Shown in pieces: positions 1 through 9,658 of a DNA stretch of 64,000 nt (its first letter is position 1; each line of letters begins with the position of its first letter). The notes below the pieces were generated by a model, which made no database searches, was not told the origin of the DNA, and worked only from the letters and a program-made list of their open reading frames with translations. Position numbers and translations under genes: made by a program. Origin of the DNA: an uncultured delta proteobacterium (GTDB lineage: Bacteria; Desulfobacterota; Syntrophia; Syntrophales; UBA5619); NCBI GenBank assembly GCA_963817385.1, contig CAWFOM010000001.1, forward strand, positions 1 through 64,000, in the 5' to 3' direction.

Positions 1-411
1 CTTGGCCAGCCGGTCTTTGTTGCCGACCAGGACGAAGGAGAAGTTGGAGAAGTTGTACCAGGAACCCTGCGGATCCATGAATACATCCGGAACGCCTTTC
101 CAGGCGGGGGACAGATAGGGATCGGCCCAGCCGTTCTTCTTGGCGAGGAAGCCCGTCGACGAACCGCAGCCGATGACCATATCCGCATTGAAATTGGGCG
201 CTTCGGCCTTTATACGGGCTTCGATCTCTCCGAAAGACTGGAAGGTCTGATTAACGGTGATGCCGGTTTTATCCTTGATGAACTTGGCGATCTTGGCATT
301 GTTGTCCGGAGAGGTGCCCATGTAGGCGTTGATCTCTTCCGCCATGGCGCTGCCGGCGAGCACCAATGAGAAGATCACGGCGACGACGACTGCTATGAAC
401 TTTCCTTTCAT
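1..411 (-). CDS. ABC transporter periplasmic substrate-binding protein (Fe3+/aminophosphonate/polyamine-type family), runs off the window edge
   Basis: Hand translation MKGKFIAVVVAVIFSLVLAGSAMAEEINAYMGTSPDNNAKIAKFIKDKTGITVNQTFQSFGEIEARIKAEAPNFNADMVIGCG; signal peptide; GGAGG RBS. Absent from the ORF track because it is truncated. Confidence 0.7.
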   Translation of the reverse strand, partial: MKGKFIAVVVAVIFSLVLAGSAMAEEINAYMGTSPDNNAKIAKFIKDKTGITVNQTFQSFGEIEARIKAEAPNFNADMVIGCGSSTGFLAKKNGWADPYLSPAWKGVPDVFMDPQGSWYNFSNFSFVLVGNKDRLAK

Positions 412-724
412 AATTTTCCTCCAATTAAATTTAATGCATTAAATGTTAATTTTCAGAAACACAAACCCTCGGTGTGTCACCCCCTTTCACATACTATTAT
501 AACCCACGAATTCCTATCCTTTTCAGAATCGGCTGATCGATAACAAAATGACGATAGTCTGTCAAAAATAGATCAAGAGGGTCTCTGCCTCTGCAGGATA
601 GCATCCGCAAACGCCGATTTGAGAAAGCTGATTATAGCTCAATACCTTTCAATCCATTAGTCAAATTAATAATAATCATATAATAAATAATAATTTGTCA
701 TCGCTGCGATGAAGGCCGGAGAGA

Positions 725-1417
725 CTAGAAATAGAGAGACTGGGTGATCGTCTGCCCCGGTTGCAGATGGAGAAAATCTTCGGACTGGTAAGGTCCGCGG
801 ATGATTTTCTCAAAGTAAGAAAGGTTCCCCGCAAATTCGATATACGCCATGTCGAAAAATTCCGCATTTTCCCGCGCTCGATGTCGCAGCGCTTCGATTT
901 CGTGCATGCCCGAGTTGATCAGGGCGATATGGGTATAGTTCTTCAAAGTCTCCCTGATCACCCAGAGGGCCGTTTTTTTTCCGTACTTGGGCAGATACTC
1001 CCCTTGGTAGATGCCGAGAGGATCTTTGTTCTCTTTCACCCACCCCGGCGTCAGATAGTAGGTCCCCGGATTATCCCGGAACACCTCATCATATCGTGCC
1101 GGCGACCCCAGAAAGAGGGCGATGCAGTCATGACAGCGGGGCACAATCAGTTCCTGCCGTCGCGCCGTGACACCGACCAGGCCGTTTGAACAGAGACCGT
1201 AACACAGCACGATCGCGGTCGCATAGGATGCCACCTGATCGATCCGCTCCTGGATCATCCCGGGAAGCTTTTTCGGCGTCCGATGCAGTCCCTGCTCAAG
1301 ATAGATGATCTCAAGGGCCTGAACGCCTTCGCGCACCGCCTCCAGCTCAGGTTCCATTACCCGGCAGGCAATAATAACCCGCTTTCCCTCTGTCTCCGGA
1401 TGTTTCTTAGGTTCCAT
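725..1417 (-). CDS. DUF1638-family protein (corrinoid methyltransferase-associated)
   Basis: IACRVM, LEQGLHRTP, YGLCSNG, PRCHDCIALFLGS and YYLTPGW motifs; start moved to MEPKKH. Confidence 0.8.
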   Translation of the reverse strand: MEPKKHPETEGKRVIIACRVMEPELEAVREGVQALEIIYLEQGLHRTPKKLPGMIQERIDQVASYATAIVLCYGLCSNGLVGVTARRQELIVPRCHDCIALFLGSPARYDEVFRDNPGTYYLTPGWVKENKDPLGIYQGEYLPKYGKKTALWVIRETLKNYTHIALINSGMHEIEALRHRARENAEFFDMAYIEFAGNLSYFEKIIRGPYQSEDFLHLQPGQTITQSLYF

Positions 1418-1529
1418 AAAAGACCCCCCGGCACGCGACCCTGACAGGAGAATGGAAATAATCATTAGACCCCATGTGAGCACGCACCGTATCCATGCAC
1501 CTCTGTTCACGAGGGTTCGACGGGATCTG

Positions 1530-2333
1530 TCATACGTATAATTCAAATTTCTTCGCCCGGTGGGCCTTCATGAAATTCATGCAATAATTGTCGCGGCCGG
1601 CCAACGCTTCGGCTACGATGATGGCGGCCATCATCCTCTTGTCCAGAGGATTGATGATAGCGCCGTCAAGACCGTGGGCAATGGCCATGGACATGAAGGT
1701 CTGATTCACGAAGGGCCTGCCCGGCAAACCATAGGACACATTGGAAAGACCGCACATCACATGAACGTCGGCGAATTTTTCCCTGATCACCGCAATCGCC
1801 TTGAGAAATTCAATGCCGAACGTCCCGTCCACGGAAATCGGCTGCACCAGGGGATCCACATAAATGTTCTCCGGCGGGATCCCCCTCTGCACGAGTCCAT
1901 TGATCAGTTTATCGGCAATCCGCAGCCGATCTTGGGCTGTCTTGGGCATCCCCTCATCACTCATGCACAGGGCAACAACCCGGCAATCCGTTCCGGCCAG
2001 GAGCGGAATCATCGCGTTGTACCGATCGGACTCCAGAGAAATGGAATTGATCATGGGCGTACCCTTATGCACCGAGAGCCCCGCCTCGATGGCCTTGGGA
2101 TTCGGAGAGTCGAGGGAACAGGGGCCGTCCACGACCGCCTGCACGGTCCGGACGAGCCAGCGCAGGTAATCCTCTTCCTCACCCGGAAAGATCCCCGCAT
2201 TGACATCGATATAGTGTGCGCCGGCTTCATGTTCCTGACGCGCCACCGCCTGAATCGCCTCGACATCCCGGTTCTTGATTGCCTCCGCGATCGCCTTGCG
2301 GCTGGCGTTGATGAGCTCTCCCACAATGATCAT
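1530..2333 (-). CDS. Methylcorrinoid:tetrahydrofolate methyltransferase (AcsE/MT2, pterin-binding TIM barrel)
   Basis: IVGELINASRK, IDVNAG, SLDSP, INSIS, DPLVQP and GLSNVSYGLP motifs. Confidence 0.9.
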   Translation of the reverse strand: MIIVGELINASRKAIAEAIKNRDVEAIQAVARQEHEAGAHYIDVNAGIFPGEEEDYLRWLVRTVQAVVDGPCSLDSPNPKAIEAGLSVHKGTPMINSISLESDRYNAMIPLLAGTDCRVVALCMSDEGMPKTAQDRLRIADKLINGLVQRGIPPENIYVDPLVQPISVDGTFGIEFLKAIAVIREKFADVHVMCGLSNVSYGLPGRPFVNQTFMSMAIAHGLDGAIINPLDKRMMAAIIVAEALAGRDNYCMNFMKAHRAKKFELYV

Positions 2334-2486
2334 GTTGACCTCCTGGCCTCGGCGTCTTTAAGGATCTTTTCACGAAACGGCCCCGGGACGTCTTGCGGCT
2401 TGTAACCACAATACACGCCGGTACGCTGTTCGTCCACATCGAACTATTTCCTGCCGTATCGATATGGACGAGAGGCGGCAAACCGA

Positions 2487-3143
2487 TTACCTCTTCTTGG
2501 CCATCAACCCCTTCGCAAGCGACACGGCATCGATGGCTGACTTGCCGTACCCGTCGGCGCCGATCCGATCGGCCCACGCCTGATTAACGGGGCCGCCGCC
2601 GATAATGACGATATATTTCTGACGGATGCCCATCTCCTTGAGGGTTTCGACGACTTCCCTCTGGGCCGGCATGGTGGTCGTCATGACCGAGGAAAGGGCG
2701 ATCACGTCTGCCTGGATCTTCTCCGCTTCCTGAATGATGTTCAGGGATGGATTGTCCACACCCATGTCCACCACGTCAAAACCGCCAGTATCAAGCACGG
2801 AGGCCACGATATCCTTGCCGATCGAATGCACGTCGCCCTTAACCGTCCCGATCAGGACCTTTCCGAACTTCTCCACCTTTTTCTTCTGGGCGTCAATCAC
2901 CGGTTTCAGAACCGCCATGGCCGCATTGAAGCTGGCCGCCGCCATGAGCAGTTCCGGAAGATAGGCATCCCCGCACTCGAATTTCGAGCCGATAACGGTC
3001 ATTCCTTTCGACAGACCCTGCTCGATGGCCTCCAAGGGATCGACGTTACCCGCCACTGCCGCCCGGGCCAGCGCCTTCGCCTCCTCCTCCGTTCCATCGA
3101 TGACGACCGCCGCCAATTTCTCCAAAATCTGACCTTTGTCCAT
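2487..3143 (-). CDS. Methyltransferase cognate corrinoid (B12-binding) protein, MtmC/MttC type
   Basis: GTVKGDVHSIGKDIV (DxHxxG), SSVMTTTM, GGGPV; start at MDKGQ after a GGGAGG RBS. Confidence 0.92.
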   Translation of the reverse strand: MDKGQILEKLAAVVIDGTEEEAKALARAAVAGNVDPLEAIEQGLSKGMTVIGSKFECGDAYLPELLMAAASFNAAMAVLKPVIDAQKKKVEKFGKVLIGTVKGDVHSIGKDIVASVLDTGGFDVVDMGVDNPSLNIIQEAEKIQADVIALSSVMTTTMPAQREVVETLKEMGIRQKYIVIIGGGPVNQAWADRIGADGYGKSAIDAVSLAKGLMAKKR

Positions 3144-3160
3144 TCTCGTATCCTCCCTCT

Positions 3161-4534
3161 TTACGCAAATGAAATGCCCAGTCCGGACAGCTCTTCCTTC
3201 ACCTCGTTCACCAAACGTACATACCCCTCGGACGGTTTGCCCGTCGTCACATTGTAACAATCCTGATACCGGTCGCCCGACGGGGCCTTGTCAATCCCGG
3301 ACTCGTATTTTTCAAGGAGTTTCTTTACCAACGCATTGGCCTGTTTCCGGTCGCATTTGGCTGCCGCCTTTGCCATATCGACGCCAAACTGGCACTCCAT
3401 CGGGGTGAACCCGTCGATCAGGACCGCCTTGGCTGAATGGGGCGTCTGCACCGATGGTGCGCCGGACGCCGTGGCGGCAAGCAGCCAGGCAGCCGACTCA
3501 TAAAAGTACATCTTGGTGTTGGGACCGCCGGCCATGTAACCCAGCCAGATCACCGGCATGGGGATATTGCGGCTTGCCGCCTGACAGCTCGCAGCAACGA
3601 CCCACAGGACATCGCGGGTGGTGGAGCAGCCATATTTGAAATGAACGGGAAAATGGAGTTGATAACTCGCTTTGAAAGCCAGGATGCCGATCATCATATA
3701 GGCGGTGCTCGCGATCGCCGTGCCGGCCGGACCGCCGCAATAACCGCCCAGGATGGGGGCCGTCTCGGCGCCTACATTGGCGCCCCAGTTGAGCAGATAG
3801 GCGATCTTGTTCATGGTGCCATATTCCAGTTTGTTCTCGGCAACGGCCCCGCAGAGCCAACCGTCGGAGGGGCGGAGTCCGAACTGGGGGGCGCTGGCGG
3901 CGATCGTCGTAACCGCGGACGCGGCAGTCGAAACGAGGTTGCCGATGGGAAGCCCCGGCCTGCCGGCCCTGATCAGGGCATCGCGCCCGATCTTCACCCC
4001 CCGGATGGCGGCGTAAAGCTCCACCGGAGACCCCGCCGCCACGGGAATCCCCCGGATGCTGTCCAAAGCCGGAATGCTGATGGAGTCCACCTCGGGAATC
4101 GACGCATAGGCCTCGATTTTATTGGTGATCATCTCTTCCGTCGTCGACACGATTCCGGAGCCGACATGCAACCAGGGGATCTTCATGTCATCGGGCTTCC
4201 GCATGCCGAATACCTTGGCATCCTTGCCCTCCCCCATAAAGCACGTGCCGGGCGCCTTGGCAATGCCGTCGAGGATCTCTTCCTTCGTGAACTTGATCAG
4301 ACGATTCGTATCCTGGCAGTAGATGCCGACGGACTCCAGAAATTCAAGACTCGCCTGATAAAGATTGTCCGCCGCCTTGTCATCGCAGGGAACCGGGTTT
4401 TCCTTGTCATACGTGATGCCGTACTTCCGGACCAACCCGGTGAGCTTGGGGATGAAGACCTTCATGTCAAAGTCCTTTTCACTCATGATCGGTCCGGTGA
4501 TCGCCTTTTCACAGATATCCAAAAAATTCGACAT
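3161..4534 (-). CDS. mtmB: Monomethylamine:corrinoid methyltransferase (MtmB) family protein, pyrrolysine-free
   Basis: 457 aa colinear with MtmB as recalled (GIYCQDTNRLIKFT, AGRPG, PILGGYCGG, PVHFKYGCSTTRD, YQDCYNV); no in-frame TAG. Confidence 0.85.
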   Translation of the reverse strand: MSNFLDICEKAITGPIMSEKDFDMKVFIPKLTGLVRKYGITYDKENPVPCDDKAADNLYQASLEFLESVGIYCQDTNRLIKFTKEEILDGIAKAPGTCFMGEGKDAKVFGMRKPDDMKIPWLHVGSGIVSTTEEMITNKIEAYASIPEVDSISIPALDSIRGIPVAAGSPVELYAAIRGVKIGRDALIRAGRPGLPIGNLVSTAASAVTTIAASAPQFGLRPSDGWLCGAVAENKLEYGTMNKIAYLLNWGANVGAETAPILGGYCGGPAGTAIASTAYMMIGILAFKASYQLHFPVHFKYGCSTTRDVLWVVAASCQAASRNIPMPVIWLGYMAGGPNTKMYFYESAAWLLAATASGAPSVQTPHSAKAVLIDGFTPMECQFGVDMAKAAAKCDRKQANALVKKLLEKYESGIDKAPSGDRYQDCYNVTTGKPSEGYVRLVNEVKEELSGLGISFA

Positions 4535-4690
4535 ACTGCCTCTCCTTTCATTGATTAGCCATCAGATCGGTTATCCGAGCCTCTTCCTAACAGTACGGTG
4601 ATAATCACCCGCGCGGAGAACCCGGAATCGTTTTGCTTTTGATAGGTCAATCATGTATGGTGAGTCAAATTGATTATTCAAATGATGTCT

Positions 4691-4705
4691 ATAGCATGAG
4701 CCTAT
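4691..4705. promoter_or_regulatory. Putative LysR recognition site ATAG-N7-CTAT
   Basis: Dyad T-N11-A box ATAGCATGAGCCTAT between the divergent mtmB and lysR genes. Confidence 0.5.
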
Positions 4706-4788
4706 ACGGGAGATCGGACCGCGGGAGCCTCCGGGCAAATGAGAACCGTATTCAAACGGCATCGGGATGAATCGGGATAAGACGGAAG

Positions 4789-5712
4789 ATGCACCTGAAC
4801 CAACTCCGGGTATTCCATCACGTGGCAAAACACAAGAGCTTTTCCCAGGCGGCGGACGCGCTCTTCCTGAGCCAGCCGTCCGTGAGCAACCAGGTGAAGC
4901 TCCTGGAGGATGCCTACGGGCTCAAGCTCTTCGAGAGATCCGGGAGAACGATCGAACTGACCAACGCCGGCGAGGTCCTCTATTCCTATGCGGAGCGGAT
5001 CTTCTCGCTCGCCAAGGAGGCCGACAGCGTCATCGAGGAGATCAAGGGGATGAAAGCCGGGGGGATCAAAATCAGCGCCAGCAACACCCTCGGCGCCTAT
5101 TATCTCCCGGATATCATCGATCTCTTCCGGAAGAAGCATCCCCGGGTCGAAATTCAAATGGATGTCGGCTATACCGAGAATGTCGTAGAGAGCATCCTCA
5201 CCTTCAAGAGCGATCTGGGGATGATCGGCCGATCCGTCACCCATCCGAACATCGTGGTCACCCCCCTTTGGGAGGAGGAACTGGTTCTCATCGTTCCCCC
5301 GGACCATCCCTTCGCCCGTTTGCGGACCATCCGCATCTCCCAGTTGCGGGATCAGCCGTTCATCATGAGCGAAAAGGGCTCGGGGGTGCGCGGCATCACG
5401 GAGGAGATCCTCTCCGGGAAAGGACCCTCCCCGCGTATCGTGATGGAACTCGGTGAAAACGAGGCGATCAAACGGGCAGTCGCCTCGGGGCTCGGCATCA
5501 CCCTCATCTCGGCAACGGTGGCAAAGAGGGAGCTGGAGGCCGGTGTGCTTCGGGCCGTGCGCCTCTCCGGTGCCAGGATCATGAGACAATTTTCCATCAT
5601 ATACCACAAGGACAAGTACCTGTCCCGTCTCATTCGGGCCTTCATGGACGAAACCCTCCGCTTTCCCGCCTCGGGAAAGAAAGCTTCCGGACGGCCGGCA
5701 TGCCGGAACTGA
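4789..5712 (+). CDS. LysR-family transcriptional regulator (CysL/CmpR-like)
   Basis: HTH SFSQAADALFLSQPSVSNQVKLLE; divergent from the methyltransferase operon. Confidence 0.93.
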   Translation: MHLNQLRVFHHVAKHKSFSQAADALFLSQPSVSNQVKLLEDAYGLKLFERSGRTIELTNAGEVLYSYAERIFSLAKEADSVIEEIKGMKAGGIKISASNTLGAYYLPDIIDLFRKKHPRVEIQMDVGYTENVVESILTFKSDLGMIGRSVTHPNIVVTPLWEEELVLIVPPDHPFARLRTIRISQLRDQPFIMSEKGSGVRGITEEILSGKGPSPRIVMELGENEAIKRAVASGLGITLISATVAKRELEAGVLRAVRLSGARIMRQFSIIYHKDKYLSRLIRAFMDETLRFPASGKKASGRPACRN

Positions 5713-5755
5713 CCCGATCCCTCTCCCTTTCGGAGCATCCCGATTTCGTCTCCCG

Positions 5756-7645
5756 TCAGGTGGAAAAGAGGACCTTCAGTTTCAGCAAGAGGCCCAGATT
5801 GCCCTCCACCCGGTATTTCCCCTCCATGAAGGCCCCCTGGCCGTCCATCTCGCCCCGCGCTATGGCGAGCCACACCTCCGCCGGCGCCTTTATCACCACG
5901 CCGGGTTTCGAGTGCGAACCTTCCCGGAACGTGCAGTGACCGTCGGCGATCTCGAGATAGGCGTTGAACGTTTCCGTCCCCGATATGTCGAACTGGTACA
6001 CCGCCTCGAGGCCCGGGACCGCATCGCCTCGAAATCCCCGGGGCATCATCGTCAAGAGTTCATGACAGCTCCGGGCCGCAGCGGGACCGTCAGGCGCGGC
6101 GGCTGCCGCCGGTATCGTTTTGCTCCCCTTTTCCCTGCCGGCTTCTCCCTTGATCAAGCCTTTTATCCATTCGTTCCTCAGGACCGGATCATACGGGGGG
6201 ATGGTGTAGTTCTGCCAGGCGTAGGCCTCGAACCCCTCAAAGAGGCCCAGTTTCTGCCAGTACTCGTAATCATCGCGCATGAACGCTTTTTCCCGGGTGA
6301 CGAGATCCCTCATGAAGAGGTAAAAGCCGAGATCATCACCCGTAACCGGGTAGCGTTTCTTTTCTTTGATCGCCCGGGCCAGTTCCCGGGCCAGATCCTG
6401 CGCCCGGGCCTCCACTGTCTCCTTCCCCAGGAACCCGCCCGGATTCGTGGCGATAGCAACCAGCGAATTGAGCGGATAGGCGCCGTACATCCGAAGCATG
6501 CCTTCGAGGTAGTGGGCGGTTGCGGTATCGGCAAGACCTGCGGAGACCGTGATGGCCAAGCCCGGTTTCGTCACCCGACGGAGCTTGTGACCGAACGCCA
6601 GGGAGCGATCGAGGAAGGTCTTCATCTGGGCCGTGACGTGTTTGAAATAGACCGGCGAGGCCAGGATGATCCCGTCCGCGGCGAACAATGCCTCCGTGAT
6701 GCCGGCATAGTCGTCCCTTCGCCAGCACACTCCCTTTTCCAGACAGACGGCGCAGCCGATACAATATGCAATCTCCCTCTCGGTCAGCCGGATCTCCTCC
6801 AGGACGATCCCCTCCCGGGCGAGACCCTCCCCAACCATCCGGATCATCTGACTCGTATTGCCGACGGCGCCATGGGGTGAACCGTTGATGGCCGTTACCC
6901 GTAATTGCCCGCTCATTTTTTCCTCCTGTTGTTGCTCATTCATTACTTGTCCTAATTGCTCGCTCACTTTTTCCTCCTGTTGTCGCTCATTCATTACCTG
7001 TCCGAGAGTAGCCGACCCTCCCGCGCGGCTTCCCGCCGCGGTCCCGACGGGATCGAGCCCACTCTTTTGTTGATAATATCGGGGGTATCTTTTGTTGAAG
7101 GGGATGCCGATCCCGACCATCAGGAGAGTCGGGATGACCATTGAAAAGAGAAGGTTTCCCAGCGGCCCCCCGGCGGGGAGAAAGCGCGCGGGGAGGATCG
7201 CCACGAGGCCGGAAACGGCGAACAAGGCCGCCCAGACCCAGGTCATGTGGCGGTTGATAGTCTTGAATATTTCCGTTTCCCAGACGGCCGCGGGGGTCTT
7301 TTTTTTCGCAAAATAGTCGGTGAAGTACCGCTTCCCGAACAGGGCCGGCAGGGCGGTGACGGCAAAGAGAGCAAGGGAGAGAATGCCGACGTTGGATTCC
7401 GCGATGATCTTCCGTGATAAGGGTGGGAAAAACCAGAACACCACGGTATTGAAGGCTAGAAAAATCAGGAATCCCCGGTCGATGGCCGACAGCCCGCTTC
7501 TCCGCAGATACAGGATTACGGCCAGCAGCGCAAACCCCAAGACCGTCAAACCTTTCATTACCGGGAGACGAAACCCGGTTATGTTCCCCACTGTAAAGTA
7601 GACGCTCATGATGATTACAGGCAGCATGCCGACCAAACGCTTCAT
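5756..7645 (-). CDS. Fusion of a membrane domain, an iron-sulfur flavoprotein/NADPH-dependent FMN reductase domain and an SCP2 sterol-binding domain
   Basis: N-terminal TM helices; INGSPH..GNT, CIGCAVCLEKGVC, ASPVY; C-terminal YQFDISG..AFMEGKYRVEGN. Confidence 0.8.
   Translation of the reverse strand: MKRLVGMLPVIIMSVYFTVGNITGFRLPVMKGLTVLGFALLAVILYLRRSGLSAIDRGFLIFLAFNTVVFWFFPPLSRKIIAESNVGILSLALFAVTALPALFGKRYFTDYFAKKKTPAAVWETEIFKTINRHMTWVWAALFAVSGLVAILPARFLPAGGPLGNLLFSMVIPTLLMVGIGIPFNKRYPRYYQQKSGLDPVGTAAGSRAGGSATLGQVMNERQQEEKVSEQLGQVMNEQQQEEKMSGQLRVTAINGSPHGAVGNTSQMIRMVGEGLAREGIVLEEIRLTEREIAYCIGCAVCLEKGVCWRRDDYAGITEALFAADGIILASPVYFKHVTAQMKTFLDRSLAFGHKLRRVTKPGLAITVSAGLADTATAHYLEGMLRMYGAYPLNSLVAIATNPGGFLGKETVEARAQDLARELARAIKEKKRYPVTGDDLGFYLFMRDLVTREKAFMRDDYEYWQKLGLFEGFEAYAWQNYTIPPYDPVLRNEWIKGLIKGEAGREKGSKTIPAAAAAPDGPAAARSCHELLTMMPRGFRGDAVPGLEAVYQFDISGTETFNAYLEIADGHCTFREGSHSKPGVVIKAPAEVWLAIARGEMDGQGAFMEGKYRVEGNLGLLLKLKVLFST
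6902..7003. repeat. 51-bp imperfect tandem duplication (17 codons x2)
   Basis: taattgcccgctcattttttcctcctgttgttgctcattcattacttgtcc followed by taattgctcgctcactttttcctcctgttgtcgctcattcattacctgtcc. Confidence 0.9.
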
Positions 7646-8367
7646 GAAAGCAGCCGTTCGTCCTTCAAATTCCGGGCGGCGGCCACCCGCCGCTGGAACG
7701 TCCGATCGATAACATACGTGCGCGTTGCCCGGGCGGCCTGCACGAGTTTCCGGGTAAGCTCGGCGTCCTGCCCCTCGGGGAGATGGGCGGTGAGCCGCCG
7801 GCGCAGCCGCATCTCGCCATCGACGATCCGCTTGGCCGTCATGGCATAGAAGGAGAGATCGGAGACCCTGATCCCCAGGGCAAACCCCCGGGCATAGACC
7901 CCGCCGATCATGACATCCTCTTCATTGAAACTTCCCTGTTCCAGGGGAAGGAGGAGTCCGTTTTCGATCAGGGCGGTGATCTGCTCGGCCTTCAGACCCG
8001 TGGCGGCACGGAAGGCGGCCTCGTCCATCGGAGGTCCGGCAACACCGCCGAAGATGGTCTCATTGAGTTCGATGAAGGGGAGGATATCCTTCCCCTGATC
8101 CTGCTGGGTCAGAATCATTTTTATCTTCCCCAGGGGAAAGGCATACCTGGTTTGAATGGATTTGATAAGCTTGATCCGCTCGATGCAGATCGGATCATAG
8201 TAGGCCATATTGGGGCCTGTCCTGACCGGTTCCGGTAGCAACCCCTGGGCGACGTAGTGCAGGATCGCCGACTTGGGAAGACCGGAGGCTTCCGCCAGAT
8301 CCTTCATCCGCAAGCCCGGTATGGTGCGCCCCGCAATGCCGTTCTTTACCGTTTTTTCGTTCATCAT
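7642..8367 (-). CDS. MerR-family transcriptional regulator
   Basis: LRMKDLAEASGLPKSAILHYVAQGLLPEP..NMAYY HTH; ATGA overlap with the downstream gene. Confidence 0.85.
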   Translation of the reverse strand: MMNEKTVKNGIAGRTIPGLRMKDLAEASGLPKSAILHYVAQGLLPEPVRTGPNMAYYDPICIERIKLIKSIQTRYAFPLGKIKMILTQQDQGKDILPFIELNETIFGGVAGPPMDEAAFRAATGLKAEQITALIENGLLLPLEQGSFNEEDVMIGGVYARGFALGIRVSDLSFYAMTAKRIVDGEMRLRRRLTAHLPEGQDAELTRKLVQAARATRTYVIDRTFQRRVAAARNLKDERLLS

Positions 8368-8760
8368 CCCACCTCGTCTCTCGGCTTTGGATATGGATGC
8401 CAGGTGATTCTGCAACCCGGCAGGCATTACCTATCGCGATAAGTGTTAGGTGTCAAGTAATACTTTACACAAGTCACCTCGATACTGTCGTTCGAGACGA
8501 AAAATGCCTTCCCCCAACCCGCACACGGTAAAATTTTCCCGATGACCGGCCCGATTTTCCCTCTCACCGTTTAATCATCATATCGGTTGTAGCAATAAAG
8601 AGGGAGGACGGGCGCCTGAAGATGATCGTGTCTTCACCCATCGTTTCATCAATATCGCGTTAGAATTTTGACGAAAACCGGACGGGGAGCGAAGCGGGTC
8701 TGGAGGAACGATTCGTCCCCGTGGCGTGGGCGCCCGCTCAGATCGCAACCCGCCCACCTC

Positions 8761-8776
8761 TGGCATGTTTCGTGCA
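8761..8776 (+). promoter_or_regulatory. sigma54 -24/-12 promoter for motAB
   Basis: TGGCATGTTTCGTGCA fits TGGCAC-N5-TTGCW with exact GG-N10-GC spacing, 60 bp before the motA start. Confidence 0.65.
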
Positions 8777-8836
8777 GAACTTCCTTGCAAGATCAAAAAC
8801 CATCCGCAACCGGAGGCGGGGGACAGGAGAGACATC

Positions 8837-9658
8837 ATGATTGGACAGACGGTTGGCGCGATACTTTTCCTGGTGGTGATTTTCATCGTGGAATTCAATC
8901 TGGAGGTTACGGAGATGGGGCTCGCCTCCAACCTGAACGCCTTGATGATCGTGTTTGGAGGGACCTTTTTCGCCACCCTCATTGCGTATCCCTGGGGAAA
9001 ACTGGTTTTTACCGCCCGACTTCTGAAAAAATCATTTACCGGTAATAACGAGATCGCTTCGACCATTCAGACTATTGTGAATTTGGCCCGAATCTACCGG
9101 AAAAAGGACATCCGCTCCCTTGAGCAGGAGGTAAATCATCTGCCCCCGGGGCTTGTAAAGATCGGGGTGGAATTGATAGCCTATAAATACAGCCGGGACA
9201 ATATTGAACAGATCCTGCAAAGCGAGGCGGTATCCGCCTACAACCAATATGCGACATCCCACAAGATTCTTTCCAGCATGGCCCGGCTCGCCCCGGCCTT
9301 GGGACTGGCCGGAACCATCGTCAGTCTCATCCGCATCTTCGGGCGAATCAATAATCAGCAAGGTCTCATCGGATATATGGCGGTAGCGCTCTTATGCACG
9401 TTTTACGGCGTCATTCTGGCCAATCTCTGTTTCGTGCCTCTTGCCAACAAACTTAAGGAATTCATGGATCAGGATGAATTGCGGATGGAAATGATTAAGG
9501 AAGGGCTCCTGGATCTTTATGATCATGAGCATCCCCGGGCTATCCAATACAAGTTGGAGACCCTCACGAGGGCTACGGAAACGTCCGATCGGACCTCCCC
9601 CCGACCCAAGTTGGTACTACTGTCATCGTATGAAAAAGCCCGGGGGATCAATGGATGA
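8837..9658 (+). CDS. motA: Flagellar stator MotA/PomA family protein
   Basis: ALMIVFGGT, APALGLAGTIVSLI, MAVALLCTFYGVILAN..PLANKL; AGGAG RBS. Confidence 0.88.
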   Translation: MIGQTVGAILFLVVIFIVEFNLEVTEMGLASNLNALMIVFGGTFFATLIAYPWGKLVFTARLLKKSFTGNNEIASTIQTIVNLARIYRKKDIRSLEQEVNHLPPGLVKIGVELIAYKYSRDNIEQILQSEAVSAYNQYATSHKILSSMARLAPALGLAGTIVSLIRIFGRINNQQGLIGYMAVALLCTFYGVILANLCFVPLANKLKEFMDQDELRMEMIKEGLLDLYDHEHPRAIQYKLETLTRATETSDRTSPRPKLVLLSSYEKARGING

